From Perkinsus olseni (lineage: Eukaryota), in NCBI GenBank assembly GCA_013115125.1, contig JABANN010000162.1, positions 1 through 58,738 on the forward strand: a stretch of 58,738 bases of DNA, written 5' to 3'. The notes beneath the pieces are model-generated. The model did not search any database. It was not told where the DNA came from and worked only from the letters and a program-made list of their open reading frames with translations. Position numbers and translations under genes: made by a program. Positions 1 through 13,409 of this stretch are shown piece after piece (position 1 is the first letter of the stretch; the number at the start of each line of letters is the position of its first letter).

Positions 1-212
1 CGGACGACCGTTCCACCGTCCTGAAGCGCCGTCACCCTCCCAATGTTAGTACCACTCCCCTCAGCACTCGTCCGTCGATTAGACGACCGTCCCTCTTCCA
101 AGTCAACCTGCTGCACCCGAGCTCCGTCCGGACTCCTGCTCATCGTTGTTGCTGCTGATGACTCTCCACATTCCGGTACGCTTGACTCGTTTGCGGCCGC
201 CTGGGTTGTCAT
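1..212 (-). CDS. Probable 5' end of an unidentified gene running off the window start
   Basis: An ATG at 212 (minus) follows an AT-rich upstream tract and opens MTTQAAANESSVPECGESSAATTMSRSPDGARVQQVDLEEGR; no family recognised. Confidence 0.3.
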   Translation of the reverse strand, partial: MTTQAAANESSVPECGESSAATTMSRSPDGARVQQVDLEEGRSSNRRTSAEGSGTNIGRVTALQDGGTVV

Positions 213-673
213 AATATGAACTCGAAGCTTAGAGTATCGTAAACCCAGATAATACATATTCCTAATTATACCTATCTAACAAATATTCTTTTCTAAATCT
301 TCCTTTTCTTCAATATTTTTTCTTCCCATTTTTCTCTATTTTGCCATTTTTTCCAAATCTATTCACTATTGACCCGTGGGTATCTATGATAAATACCATA
401 GAGTACGCTACGGTTCCCAAAGGAAGTAATCAATCAAATTTTTATTAGTTTTTTGAGCAACCTTACGATATGCTGATATTACTCTACACGATTATACTCA
501 TAATATGAACCCACTCCCTACGGCCAATCAACCCACGCTTCCCGATGCCTCACCCGTACGAGCCACGGGTCAACCTAAAATTCCACTGGGAATTGTGCGC
601 AGTCCCGTCAACGCATCACCCGCTCCGTAAGTAACTCGCTTTTCGATAAGCTGTGAATGGTACTGCATTTCTC

Positions 674-2095
674 TTATTCCCTCAACGCCCAATCCGGCGC
701 GGCCGTCGTCGATTGCGCGGCTGATTCTGATGCCGCTGGAACTGCCGTATTGGAACTCATCACGCTCATCGCCACGCCTCCGCCTGGCGTCCTTATCCGC
801 CAGTTCACGCCATCACCCACCGGTTTACTGTACTTAGTGTGCAACGGTAACCACCACAACCACGGTGAGGGTCCCATCACCTACAGACAAAGGAAAATCA
901 GATTTTAGCTTTACTTGTCTTAGTCGAAACACCGATACGAGCGTTCCTTATAAATCGTGCTGTACATGATACAGTCGCCACGTTTCTCAGCACAAAAGAG
1001 CGCCGGCTGCCACCACGCCAATTCTACACGAAGGTGGTGTTCAAAAACTTTTCTAGGCCAGCCAGTGCGATGGGCGTATCTCATTCTCACCAAGCTCAAC
1101 GTCTTTCACACAAGTTTGCCATAGCAGTACATCGGTTCACACAGATTGTTATCGTCGGAAGCTCGTAATAACAATAAACTAGGGGGAACGCCATAAATTT
1201 TTCGCACTCGAAATTTTCCGAAAAACTCTTAATTTTGAGCAGCAGCAATTACTACCTCTTCCACGTTCCATCGCTGGCCGATGTCGTACTTTGATTTCAC
1301 TCCGGGCTCCCTCTCGAAGTTCTCGATCGTTGTGAAATTATCTCGTATCAATCCCAAATGGAACTTAACGAAATTGAAAAGAGAAAAAGCCAACAGCACA
1401 GAGACGGCGTAGGCGAGGAGACCGAAGAAGTTGCGAGGATGCAACAGCAGCAGACCGGTCTTGTGGTTGAGCCGGTCGTCCAGCACAGCCACCACTCTAG
1501 GAAAGCCGAAGAGCAGTACCAAAGCGATACAGATGTAAACATAGACCAGCAGTTGAATGAAGAACTTCCTGTTGTAAAAGCCAACGCAGTTGTTGAGCCA
1601 AGGACAATGGTGATCCATGTTCAGGTTACACCGGTTACACGCGGAGCAATGGTGACACCTTTCCGGCTTCCAAACGTGACACATCTTGCAGTACCGTCTT
1701 CTCTTCACATCGTCACCTATATGGAACCCCCAATACTGTGGCACTCCACCCGGGTCGGTGGTGCAGCTCTGATAGAAGGCCCAAAGCATAAGGGCAACGA
1801 AGAAGTTGAAAACAAAGAGCATCGCGTGGGACCAGCTGCTGCCGAGAGCCGGCCACCACAGACCGAAAACGAAGCCGCAGTAGATGGAGAGGATGGTGGC
1901 AAGGACGGCAAGCACGAATCTGAAGTGCGGAGATTGTTTCGGCGGTCTGCCTTCGATTGCCTGGGGTATCCGAGGTGAACGATTCCGGCTTGGAGTGGTA
2001 TCGCCAGTGGTGGGCGTTGCGGGCGGCTGTAAGGAGTTAGATAACATAGAAAGCAATACTGAAGTTGCTGGTATTGATAATTTGTCACGCGCCAC
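674..2095 (-). CDS. DHHC zinc-finger palmitoyltransferase (2 exons; intron about 881-1255)
   Basis: Cys-rich domain CKMCHVWKPERCHHCSACNRCNLNMDHHCPWLNNCVGFYNRKFF, DPG motif, TTIE motif and 4 TM segments. GT donor after WNVEE and an AG acceptor join it in frame to VMGPSPWLWWLP...GDG. Confidence 0.95.
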
Positions 2096-2195
2096 GAAAT
2101 TGCTACCCAGGTGATCACGCTGGGTTGCGAAGGAACCCAGCGTTATGGACAGGGACGCGGATCCTTTCTAGGAGTCTCCCGAAAAAATGACGATA

Positions 2196-2240
2196 AAAAT
2201 ACCCTCACCGGGGATCGAACCCGGGACACCTAGTCCCCAA
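2196..2240 (-). pseudogene. tRNA-like 3' half (T-arm/B-box, acceptor-like end, T-run)
   Basis: Minus strand reads GGTGTCCCGGGTTCGATCCCCGGTGAGGGTATTTTT; the 5' half is degenerate. Confidence 0.6.
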
Positions 2241-2283
2241 CTTTGCACACGAACACTACAATCAGTATGAGAAAAACTGAGCA

Positions 2284-4406
2284 TCACTGAGCGAATCGCA
2301 GAGAGCATTCGACCCCCGGCAAAACGGGTACGGCCGTATCTTTCTTTTTAACAAGCTGGACTCGGCAAAGATCTCCAACACGCAGCGGGCCGACGCCGGC
2401 CGGCGTGCCGGTGTAAATCTGACAAAAAAATGAAGAATATGATCGCAAGAGAAAGATGGACGGTCGTGCGTCTCTGTTCGAATGTCCCACTGAGAAAAGC
2501 TTCTCGACGAACCGTCTGATTGCACCGCATGACAATCGCTACAGAGAGTCCCTAACTGAGCGCTTCGACGAAAGTTTTCAAGCCAGGAGTGGCGTTGGAC
2601 TATAAACTCACACTCGCGTCGGGAGACCTGCGAAAATATAACCGGATCGCGGAGGACGATTAGCAGGCCGACAGGTTGAGCTGCTCATCAGCGCCCAATG
2701 AGCTCATCGCCATCACGATGACTCAGCCGGTGATGGCGTTGCCTTTTCGTGACACAAGTTTTACTCACAGACGGGCTGCAGCGCACCAGAGTATCGCGAA
2801 AAAATGAATGGGTAACGGGAAACTTCCCACTTCTCCTCACCAAGTCTCCTGCTGCGATCTCGTTTTTCTCAGCGATGTATCGGATGATGGCGGCCACCGG
2901 CCATATCATCTTGTCAAGTGTGGACTCCTGTCGGACTTCGCCATTGACCCTGAAGGAACCCTAGGAAACCAGCAGTTGACGAAGTCCCCATACTCACATC
3001 AAGCGAAGCAACGAGGTCGCCCACGGCAAAGGCTCTCGCAAAGGATACACCGGGCTGATCGGCGCCGAGTGATCGAAGGCCTTGGACTCCTCCCAAGGTC
3101 TCCGCATCGATTTGGCCTGAGTCGTTCAAGATCGCTTTCCATCGGAGACTACCGGTGGCAGCTGTTGATGAATATCGCTGAATTTTGCGGCAGAAACCCG
3201 CGGTAAGCAGGATTGAAAACACGCTATGGTTCGAAGTGTGCCAAGCAACGCACTCCCTTCAGGAAAGCTATAGAAGAAGCTTTTGATTATCATTGCATAT
3301 CGATTTGCGCAGGAAGCCCCCTAGGAAATGAGCACTTCGGTTGCGGCCTTGGACTACGAAATCACACACAGATAATGAAGCCAGCGATTGGTGTGCCATC
3401 GCCACTCGGGGTACTGCGGCGTTAGGAGGTGTTGCTGCTGCTGCTGCTGCTGATGGCCTCCTACCTTGGCCTGGACGTCTCGCTTGGTGAGGTCAATGCC
3501 AAGAGCATAACCGAAAACACATTGCCTGAGCAGCTCGTCATCATCTATGGTACGTTCACACACCTCAGAAGAAGCACCGGGGCCGAGGCATACCACCAGC
3601 TCCCCTTCATGATGAACATCTTCCGTACCTGCCTCGAAGTGGGGCTGAGGGGAACAGATCGCCGCTACTGAACGCCTTTCACAGCCATTCGGTCAGCACC
3701 CGACCGCCGAAGTTGACGAAGTTTTGGTATGGACCATGGGGAAGAGGGGGGCTTACACTTCGGGTAGGGCAACTCCAATAGCGTGGATCCCTCGGCAGGA
3801 GGCGTCACCGCGTCGAACGGCTTCATGAAGTAGAAAGGGGACTCTCGAGTGGGATCAGCGTTCATCTGAGGGAAGGCTGCGTTGTTGTAGAGAGGCGGAA
3901 AAGGCGAAGGTTCACTAACTCTGAGACTCAGCGTTGAATATCTCCTATGCTACCAATTACTAGCGGAGCGACGCAATCCGTATCGGTATGCAACCTAGGT
4001 TAACAGGTCAGCCTTCATTAATGCTGTTAATGATGGTAATATTATTTGCCAATATTTTCATACCACATTTCCCCATAATCACAACAGGTCTATCTTCTCG
4101 CTTCTCTCGCTGTATCCATTATTCCCAAGTATTAAGATATACCATCTTATACTATCAAGATATACCTCATACCTTCAGTGTTTTTATACAAAATATCTAA
4201 CCCGATTTGTGGAAGTGCATAATGGACCTCGGCTGCGTACTTTGGTGCGATGACGGAACCCCGGCCGTCCCCAGGATGCCGAGGCCCACCTCTATAGCGT
4301 GCTCAGTAAAGTTGCGGCCAATGCAGTATACTCTCCTCACTGGGTAGCTCTTGGTCGACCCGACGATCGGAATCGCGCGAATGGAAGCTTCAAAAACAGG
4401 CTTCAT
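2284..4406 (-). CDS. Fumarylacetoacetate hydrolase family protein (FAHD1/acylpyruvase-like), multi-exon
   Basis: Exons give VRRVYCIGRNFTEHAIE, PFYFMKP, VHHEGELVV, GYALGIDLTKRDVQAK, RPWEESKAFDHSAPISP, VNGEVRQ...MIW, and IYTGTPAGVGPL, all typical FAH-family motifs. Confidence 0.92.
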
Positions 4407-4995
4407 AAATTCAAAGAAAACACAGCGACTACTACGACAGGCTAACCAACTGCAACTATCAAAAACACACCTAGCGCGATTGGGGGCTCAATAAGCCTGT
4501 TTACAAGTGCCCGATGATGCTGCTCGCCCTCGTTCAGCAGAGGTTGTTCCCTCTACCAAGATCCGCTCGTTCAAGGTCGCTACACTGCAATCCATATCTA
4601 GATTTCCTGCAGAGCCCTACGGCGCGAACGTAGATCAGGAAAAGCGAGTCAGTAGACCATCGCCCGGATCAACTACAACTTCAAGGTCGGGAATTTCTCC
4701 GTCGGGTTGCTCCCATCATAACCCCCCACGGAGCCGTTCGAGCACCCTCATTTCCCCTACAGGTTTCCAGCACACCGTGATCATGCCAACTCGAAGTAGC
4801 CAAAAACAACAACCCTCTTCCTCCCTCTCTACCGCAAGATAGTTACCCTGGGAACTGCCAACACAATAGGAGACACGGAGGCATCAACAAGCGCAGTAAA
4901 GCGGCGACGAAGCGCCCATGGCATGATAACCATAAAGAGTTAACGAATAGTTCCGCAACATCACATTTCATCAATCCCAATGTAGAAAAATCAGA

Positions 4996-6462
4996 TCACA
5001 AAAATCGTCCAAAGAAATTGGGCACATGAGGACCACTAAGGGGAGATTCACAACTCAACTTCCTCGACAGTTGCCCACTCTTCTTCGCGCTTGTCAACCT
5101 CTCACCTTGACCGAAGTCCTCTTTCGCTTCATCGCGACTCAAACGAACGTCAACTTTCAAGGGCTGCCGTTGGTCACAGATAGACAACGACCGACCTACC
5201 GTCACTGACGATCTTTGAAGAAAGATTCGCTCAACGTCGCACAAAAACTGTTGCTGGGGGCCTAGTATCGAGCCTGGGCGGCATATTCTATTCCAGCCGA
5301 TCCACTCCCTGGCCGGAAACCCGTGGTGTTTCATCGCATAAATGCCAATAAGACAGCCGGTTCTACCGAGACCAGCTTTGCAGTGCACAGCGACAGCACT
5401 GGGCGCGTTCTCACACAACGACAGAAACGTGTTGATGATCTGATCAGGCGGACAACTGCCGTCCGGAAAATACAAATCGGCGTGGGCGAAGCCAGCGTTG
5501 GTGAATCTTCTGCGGTCGTAACACTTCTTGTTCAGCCGGACAATGAGGGAAATGCCAAGCTCGTTGAAGACATCGTAATAGTCCTCGGGCATGAGGGCAA
5601 GATAACCGTTGCCGTCAAGTCGGTCAGAATGGGGACCAGCAAAGGCGATGAACTTGCCCGGAATTATCCAGTTGAGGTCACCATTGTCGACCTTCTCGTA
5701 GTAATGATATTGCTCCTTGTCAAAGGTAGACGGGTCGTACCAACCGAGACGCCACGCTCTGTGCAAGCCCTCCAGGCAATCGACAATCTGACCAGCGAAA
5801 ATCACCAGCGAAAACTCCGCTGTGAGACCCGACTTACCGTGCACTTGTAGGAGCATGGCCCGCTGCTAGCATCGCGGAATGGCAGAAACGTGTTGAAGCC
5901 GGCAGCAACTACTCTCGCTACCGCTTCCTTCGGTTTGACGTCACAATGAATCACAAGATACGCGCATGCTAGGAAGACTGCGTTGGCACCTGACAACATA
6001 ACGTCTCACCATCATTGACCTCAACTTCCGTACGCTTCCTCGGATCGTTCGAGCTGTAGTGGATGACTGGCCGATTGCCTTGCAGAAACGTTCGAACCTG
6101 GGCGAGAAACCGCCGACGGATTCGCTCGGCGGCGGGCGAGACTAGCTTCTTACCTTTTCAAAGTAACTGTGGAGCATCCCCAAATTGAGAGGGCCGAAAT
6201 CAGAGGCGAAGGGTTCATAGACAAGCTCATGGTCGATGGTGAAAATTTGGGATTTTGCGAAGCCATTTTGCGGGACAGGGTTGATTTGCAGCGCCGCGCC
6301 GTCCGCCACGGTAAAGTAGAATTTGCTCGGCAGCAGCTCCGCGATCGGGAAGGGAGTGTGGACGCCCAGCGACGACTTCAGTGACGGCCGTCTCGAGCGT
6401 TGGATGGTGACACTGGAGGCTTCGGACGTCACAGAACTACTCCGCTTCCGAAGGAACGACAT
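4996..6462 (-). CDS. CDC14: CDC14 dual-specificity phosphatase, multi-exon
   Basis: YEPFASDFGPLNLG, FLPFRDASSGPCSY, YEKVDNGDLNWIIPGKFIAFAGP, active site VHCKAGLGRTG and RICRPGSILGPQQQFL. Confidence 0.95.
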
Positions 6463-7066
6463 TATTGACAAACAACTCTAACAATCTTACTCGACCTCAA
6501 GCCGCAAAGAGAGTGCCTTTGGAGACGCGAAAGGAGGCCGAACGGGAAGCAAAATCGCTACTACGCAATAGTAGCGGTGAGTTCACACCCTAGGGTCGTT
6601 CAATTGAACAATTCTGAACCCCAGAATCGATTGTAGAAACCACACCTTACGTGTAAGAACCATTTCTGGCATCGATTCTCAGTTTCATAACTAACACCCA
6701 GCTGACCTGCCATAATCGTGCGTGAAGTCGTCACAACGCATCCCTTTACTCACACTGGCCCTCTAGCCTCTACCAAACGTTGCCCCATTAGCCGCTTCAC
6801 CTCACACGACGATAAAGGGAATTTTTCACCCACTTTAAGCGAGCGATTTTCTACCTCTTGGACCAACAATACACTCAAGAGAGCTCGTGGCACTTCCCCG
6901 ACAGAGACTAGAGGCTATTGTAGACAAGACGGATACGTCTGCCTCTTGCCAATCTTGCTCACTTACATTTCCTCAACGCTAAGATCTGTGCCCGCCTTCT
7001 ACACACTGTACCTAACAATTTCCCCACTCATTGCTCCCCCAGTTGTTTTTTAGTCGTCCTCAAGTA

Positions 7067-9693
7067 ATGAATAGCACAACAGAAGCTCCTACTGAATTTT
7101 CATTCGGCACAGTCGGAAAAGAGCAACCCAAGGACCTTCCAGTAGAGGTAAGATTCGACCGTTTCACGCACTAACGAATGACCGATGGAGTTCACGAGTC
7201 ATCAGGTCTATCCGCTGAAGAGCGACGTGTCGATTGACGAGGTTGCCGATGCACTGCGGGACGGTCTCGCCAAGGTTTTCAAGAACGTACCAAATTTTTC
7301 GTAAAACTTCTGGTAATTTTCCCTCCCCCAGATCAACGTGAGCGTCGTCGACTGCCCCGATCTCCGCGAGGCCCCGTATCTTTGCTCGAAGCCGGGTCTT
7401 GGCAGTAAGCTCGGCCATTCATAAAGATCTTCCGATTTATTCCTCGGTCGTGTCATCAGGCCCGGGCGAAGGCTCCGTCGTTGATTGCGGTGGATGCGCT
7501 TTGCTGTATCCGAAGGTCGACATCACCAAGGAATATGATATGCGCCAAATTGCTTCCATCGTTGACAACCATGGTCCTCTGGATACTGACGCTGAAAGCA
7601 CGGGTTGGATAAACGTCTTTCGGGATTTTCACTTCAACTCATCGCGTGATAGTCCAGAATAAGGGCGAACTGGCTTGTGACCGAGTCGCCTTGTCGCTGC
7701 TATGGTATTAGTGAGTCATGATGAGCCCTCGCCGGGCTGCTGTTGTTTGCCATTATTAATGCCATCTTCCCTCCTCAGTGTACCCTCCGTCAAGCACGGG
7801 CTCCTCCACATCCGGCAGCCCAACAGAGCGTTCGGGTCATCACAATCAACAACTGCCCCATCAGGAGTTCCACATACTGGGGGCCGGCGCTTGCGCTTAC
7901 TCGGTCACTGGACAGGTAGGGTGGCTGGGAAAGATACGGTCAAGGGTATCTTTGACACTTGTATTCGGCATGCTTCGACATGAGCCGCCATGACGTTCAA
8001 TATAGTCGTACGAGGACGATATTTTCGGCTAACTCATCCCTTGATCCTCGCGGATTTTTACGGTTTTTCTATCAGAACGGCGAGTTGGCGATTAACTGTG
8101 CTGAGGAAGGCGAACCCCACACTGCGTGTGGTGTTGTGTGCAAGGACTCAATGCCGGAGAAAAAGAACTACCACTCTTACCTTTCCGGGGTAAGCGTGAC
8201 GAGGGAGGATGATGCTCTGCTCATTGGCGTGCTTCCGATCGTTATGGCATCTCGCGTGAAAGCAAGTCACTCACAGATTTCTAGTTTTTCTGTGAGCTTG
8301 TCTTATCACACCATTATACTGTATGCGCTTCATGCATAAGTCATACGTGAACTACACGATATTTTACGTCTTTATTTTTACCGAGGAGGAATCCACTAAT
8401 AAAAGGTGGTGGACACCCTTCGGCCCCTCGCTGCATTAGTACTTTTCCGGAAAGTTACGGTATGGAATTCCGTAACAGCGGATATTTCTCTCCTCATCAT
8501 CTCGTCCCGAAACTGCAATGTTTTGCTTTTGACCTCGTTAGAGGATTTCTACGTAATATTTCCTGGAAAGCTGAGTTCATAAAATTAGAGATACGTTTTA
8601 ATAGAGTATTTGTGAAGTAATTAGTATTAACAACTAGTATTTTAAGTAAAGTAATGAAGTACTTTTCTGCTTTTCGATAAATCTTACAAAGAAAGATACT
8701 TCTTGTCTCTGCATTAAAAGATTCTTGCCGCATTCAGCTCGGCGCAGCTCAAATCGAACAGACCCTTGCTCTCATAAGCCTAGGCAACAGCGGCGATTGC
8801 AACGGCCGCTTCGTCCACCCTCAGCGTCGCCATATTCTTTCACAGTTGTTTTGCGAAGTTTTCGGTGCGTTGGCGTGTGTCTCGCGTATTCACTCAAACC
8901 TAGCGAATCATCCCGGGCATGGTTTTTGTCGCCACACGTCGTCGAGCCTCTTTTCTTATTGTTGAGAGTGTTCTGCTGTCGGTGTCTTCAGCCCTTGTGC
9001 AACGTCTTCAAGTGCACCGGTGCCCCAGGGAAGGTCTTGAGGGTCCATGCGGCCGCGAGGATGGATCCTGAGGTCGGCTCGGATATCGTGGAAACGATGA
9101 AGTCAATTTTGGAGGCCGCCTTCCCTCGCACTGTTTTGGGACTTGGAGGAGTCGTACTCGTTAAGAAAGGTACTTGTGGGACCGTTGAGGAAATGCAAGA
9201 TATCAAGATTTTTGCTGCTCAGGGAAAGTGATGATTCACGTAATGCACGACTTTACAGTGAAGCCCATCAGATCTCAGAAGTTCATCGACTCCGAATGGC
9301 TGAGGATGAAGGAAGCCGATACGCCCTTCACGAACTACACAGTTTGTAAGCCATCCACCCGGGTTCTATCCCCGGCAAGAGTATTTTCTGCTCAGTCGTG
9401 ACGAACCCTCCTACTGAGCTCGATCTACGCCCTTCTCATACACACGGATTTAACGATAAGGTTGCTGGGCATTATCACTACGATACCACACCTCTCCGTG
9501 TTGAGTAATAGGACACGGCTTCTTCGGAAGACCAGTTTCTCATGGCGATCATCGTGGCAGGTACGAATGTTATCTTCAACTTGCCGACAGCATATACAGA
9601 GTTGACCGCGTGCCACAGAGTCCTGACTTTGAGATGGATGTCAGCTCAAGAGAAAGTAACACCACTTCAAAACCGTGGACGCCTGAATCATGA
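7067..9693 (+). CDS. C11orf54/PTD012 (DUF1907) family Zn-dependent enzyme, multi-exon
   Basis: Spliced exons give INVSVVDCPDLREAPY, FHILGAGA, GAPGKVLRV, LGLGGVVLVKKGKVMIHVMHDF, LDLRPSHTHGF, GHYHYDTTP and IYRVDR. These match the family's SVVDCPDL, ILGAGA and HTH...GHYHYDTTP motifs. Confidence 0.88.
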
Positions 9694-10509
9694 TTTGCGG
9701 AAATTCAAGTTGGTTCAAGATTACAAGATTGGATCTTTTCCGTTTATGTAGAATCGTTGGATCGTTATACTTTATTGTTGCCTTTATTATATCTGTATTT
9801 ATATTTTTCCGCCCTTCTCGGCTGCAAGACTTTATTGTCGCCATAAGTAGTTTGGCACAAATTGGTTGGCAGCTGCTCTGGACCTGCGGTGTACAGTGAA
9901 TGTCCATACCACACCTTTCGTAAATAGTGCAGCATATTACATCCCTCCTGCTGCCGACAAGGCAGCACGCGGTTGTATCTCGTACGATTGGCGTGTTGTA
10001 TTACATCAGCGGGTGTTGCGTTAGTGACCGCCTCCTTCATCTCCCTCGGGGTTGCGCTTTGTTCCTGTTGTTGCAACAGTGTTGCACGATGTTGGAAACA
10101 TACTGCTTAACAAATGGTAAACAAGAACGGTTTTTCAAGACGCCTTCTCCATATGCCCAGAGTTCAAGTTGATACTTATTGAATCCTACTCTAGCGTTCA
10201 GAGAGCTTACCCTGCCTGCGACTTCCGACCGCTTAGCGTATGTTGGTCCCGTGTTGCCATAACGCACAAAAAATGGGACAGGGGAAAAATATGGCATGTG
10301 GGATTCGAACTTGGGCGTAGGTATTAGCGACTCAATGACCCACGACTCGGCCAGAATGGCATGATGTAAGCGTGAGCCTACATACTTGTCATTGTGATTG
10401 AAGCCAACATGGTCCTTAGCGATAGCTATTGTGCTGTGAAAGTTACTCAGAGACGGAACTGTACACTGTGTGACGTTCTCTGAAATCAGGTTGAGTATTA
10501 CTACACGAC

Positions 10510-13409
10510 ATGACTTACCCCACCCCCCAACCTTCGGTCTCGGCTTATAAGCTATGGACGGCATTCTTCGCCATGATCTGTGCTGCAATCGCGTCGTTCC
10601 CTTATTTTTTCAACCCCGCTAAGAATCAACTATGTGCCACTATTGGGGTAAGCTTCTCATCGCTATTCGTCCTTTTTCGCTTTGACCTTTTCGTCACATT
10701 AACACCTTGGCGGCGAGGCTAGCGAATTCGTATGACAGTATTGGCGTTTCTTCATGTTGCCCGAAACGCTGATGTGCTAGAATGTGCCCGAGTTGCTAGA
10801 ATTTTGCCTCCGCAGTAAGGGTGCTGCTGTCTACTAGACAGTGTCCAGTGTTCCTTTTCAGTTCCTCGCGCCATTCTGCGCTACTATGATGATGCTGAAC
10901 TGGAAGGTGTTCATGGTCACATCTGCGAAGGCCGTTCTCGGTATTTGGCTTGGCATTGGCAACGCCTGCTTGGTACATGTCATCGCCAGTGCTATTGACG
11001 ACGGGCCGTGGTGTCGCATGTGGTCACTCCTTCTCTTCCTGCCCGAGTCGTGGTTTTGGGCCCTATCATTTCAGCCGACCAACACCAAGCTGAGCGATTG
11101 GATAATGCCTCAGGGGATTTTCATACTTTCTACACTCGGCGGTATGTTCTACCCACCAGGCGATTTGTATATGTGCTTGGCAGTGGCCGGGATCTGGGTT
11201 ACCTTCGGTTTCGTCGTGACGTGCGGTGTAGTCACCATACTAAAGTTTACTCACCTGCTACCCCAACCGGGCCCCAATCCGATTGCCCAGTTCGCTGATG
11301 CAGCTGCGAATGTCTTCGAACACGAAAGCGCCCGCTTTCCCGATGTGATGCTCGGCTGTGAAGCCGCTGCCACTTACTACAACGACCTTGACGTGGCAGT
11401 TGAGAGACTGGTCAGCGTACCTCTTCCTCCCAAGGTGCAGGCGGGAGCTTTCGCCATTACAAGCGAGCTTGCATCACTACAAGGTTGTCTTGCCGAAGGG
11501 GAATTCAGCCAAGCCATGATTGACTATGTTTGGAAGCCATTCTGTGCTGAGTTCACCCATCTACGCATAGCAGTTTCCCAAGAACTTCGTGACTGTGCCA
11601 ACGGCAACGCTGAAGTCAGCTCTTATGATCTCGATGACCAGGCTAGGCATTGTCAGAGCTACCTACTTGAGTGCATCGCCAAGAGCAACGCTGAGTGCGC
11701 TCGGGGACACATTGAGTTCCCCTCGGCCGGGGAGCTACTCAGATTCCATTACGTTGTGGGTACGATGCTTTACGTTGCTATGCTTACGGAGGCTTTCCGC
11801 AAGGCGTTAATCGAAGAGATCATTGAAGCCACCAGGCAAAGGAAACTGCAAAACGCTGTAAGTTCACTACGCCATCCGACTTTTCTCGAGGCACCATAGC
11901 TGCCTAGGTCCATGCGCTCATCTGTTCATGCTTCAGGAGACGGCAAGTATGACCATTACCCGTCTAGCGAAGAAGCTGGTGAAAGGAGTCGTTGGGTGGT
12001 GGAAGAAGCCGTTCTGGAATGACAATGAAGGGACCCATACTTTCTGGGAGAGGTTCCAGTATCCTATTCGCCAGCAGTGTTGCTACGTTTTCGTCTGCCT
12101 CCCAATGGTCGTCGGTACCGTTTACAGTGCCAACGTTGGCTATCACGGCTTCTGGTCGGTCATCCCTACTTTTGTGTGCTTCATGCCAACCGCTGGCGCT
12201 ACGCTCGTCAAAGGCAATTATCGTATCATCGGTACCTTCCTTGGAGCCTGTATGGCCATAGTCTGTGTAGCTATCAATCCGCATAATAGGCCTGCTTGGT
12301 TCTGTGAGCTGGTCATGATCACATTCAGCGCGAAACTGGTGAGTCTATACAAAGGCATCTGGTATGCCGCTTGGATGTATTCGATTACCTGGCATATTGT
12401 CGGCTTCAGCTCGGTGCAAGCTCCCCTTGGTGATGACACTATGTTGAAGCAGGCGGCGTGGCGGTTCATTTTCACTTTCGGCGGCACTCTGGCCACATCC
12501 TTCTTCTCGGCCTGCTTCTTCCCCGATATGGCTTCTAGAAGGCTCAGGAGGATATCGGCTGAGACGGTGGTGCAAATTTCGAAGAAGCTGAGCAAGTCCT
12601 TGGACGACATGGTTCGCACGAGGAGCACTACTTCTGAATCTGCAGGCCGACGGAGGGTGAAAGACGCTAGCAGCAGCAGCAGCAGCAGCCTTTACAGTGA
12701 GGAAGCTCTTCTGGATTTGAACATCTTCAGGAACGTCGCCACGATGCACGACTTAGCTGCTGACGCTAAGCCCGAGGTCGTTGTCTACGGAAAGATACCC
12801 CGCGTTATCCCGAAGGTCAGTAAAGACGTGTTGAGGGCACAAGGGGCTATCGACCTGGTTGTGAAGTACAGCGTCAGCTTGTATAACTCCGTGCTCGTCA
12901 CTACACTTGATAGTCACCCAATTCTTGCTGACAGCGACTCGGTCAATCGATTCTCGAGATTCCTGCATCCGATGTGGGAAAAGGTCTCGCAGTTTTCGGA
13001 GGCTCTCAGAGTCTCTGCTAGACGTATGAACGACAGGCTGACTGGCGGTGCTGTGGACGGTGGTCAGCAGGGCATGCCTGATGACCTTCATGTCACCATT
13101 CAGCAGTTCATCGACAACTTCCTCGACATTCGTGAGCGCTTCGTTACGGCCGTGCTGGAGAGAGGCGAGATACCGGAGTCCTTGAGAACCGAGCAGTGCT
13201 TCCAGCTATACCACACCGCCTACGCTTTAGGCAAGTTTGCAGAGAAATGGAATGCTCTTGAAGGTTCTCTGATGAATCGGGAAGTCCCAAGCGGCGAGTT
13301 GACTGCTCTCGCAGTCATCGAAGCCGCTGAGAAGGAAAGGGGCTCTCCCTCTCAAGGTCGAGCAGAGCCGAAGGTCAACCATACTGAGTCGGAATTATCA
13401 CGTCATTGA
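10510..13409 (+). CDS. ALMT/FUSC-like multi-pass membrane transporter, multi-exon
   Basis: Two hydrophobic TM blocks (10841-11899 and 11928-13409). FWSVIPTFVCFMPTAGATLVKGNYRIIGTFLGA resembles the ALMT/FUSC_2 signature. The start is uncertain. Confidence 0.75.

Noticed and set aside
1358-1978. Long antisense ORFs (also 5323-5850 and 52144-52912)
   Set aside because: Shadow frames opposite well-supported genes, with no recognisable motifs.
2303-2325. B-box-like word near the FAH gene end
   Set aside because: It lies in coding sequence (LPGVEC) and lacks the GTTC core.
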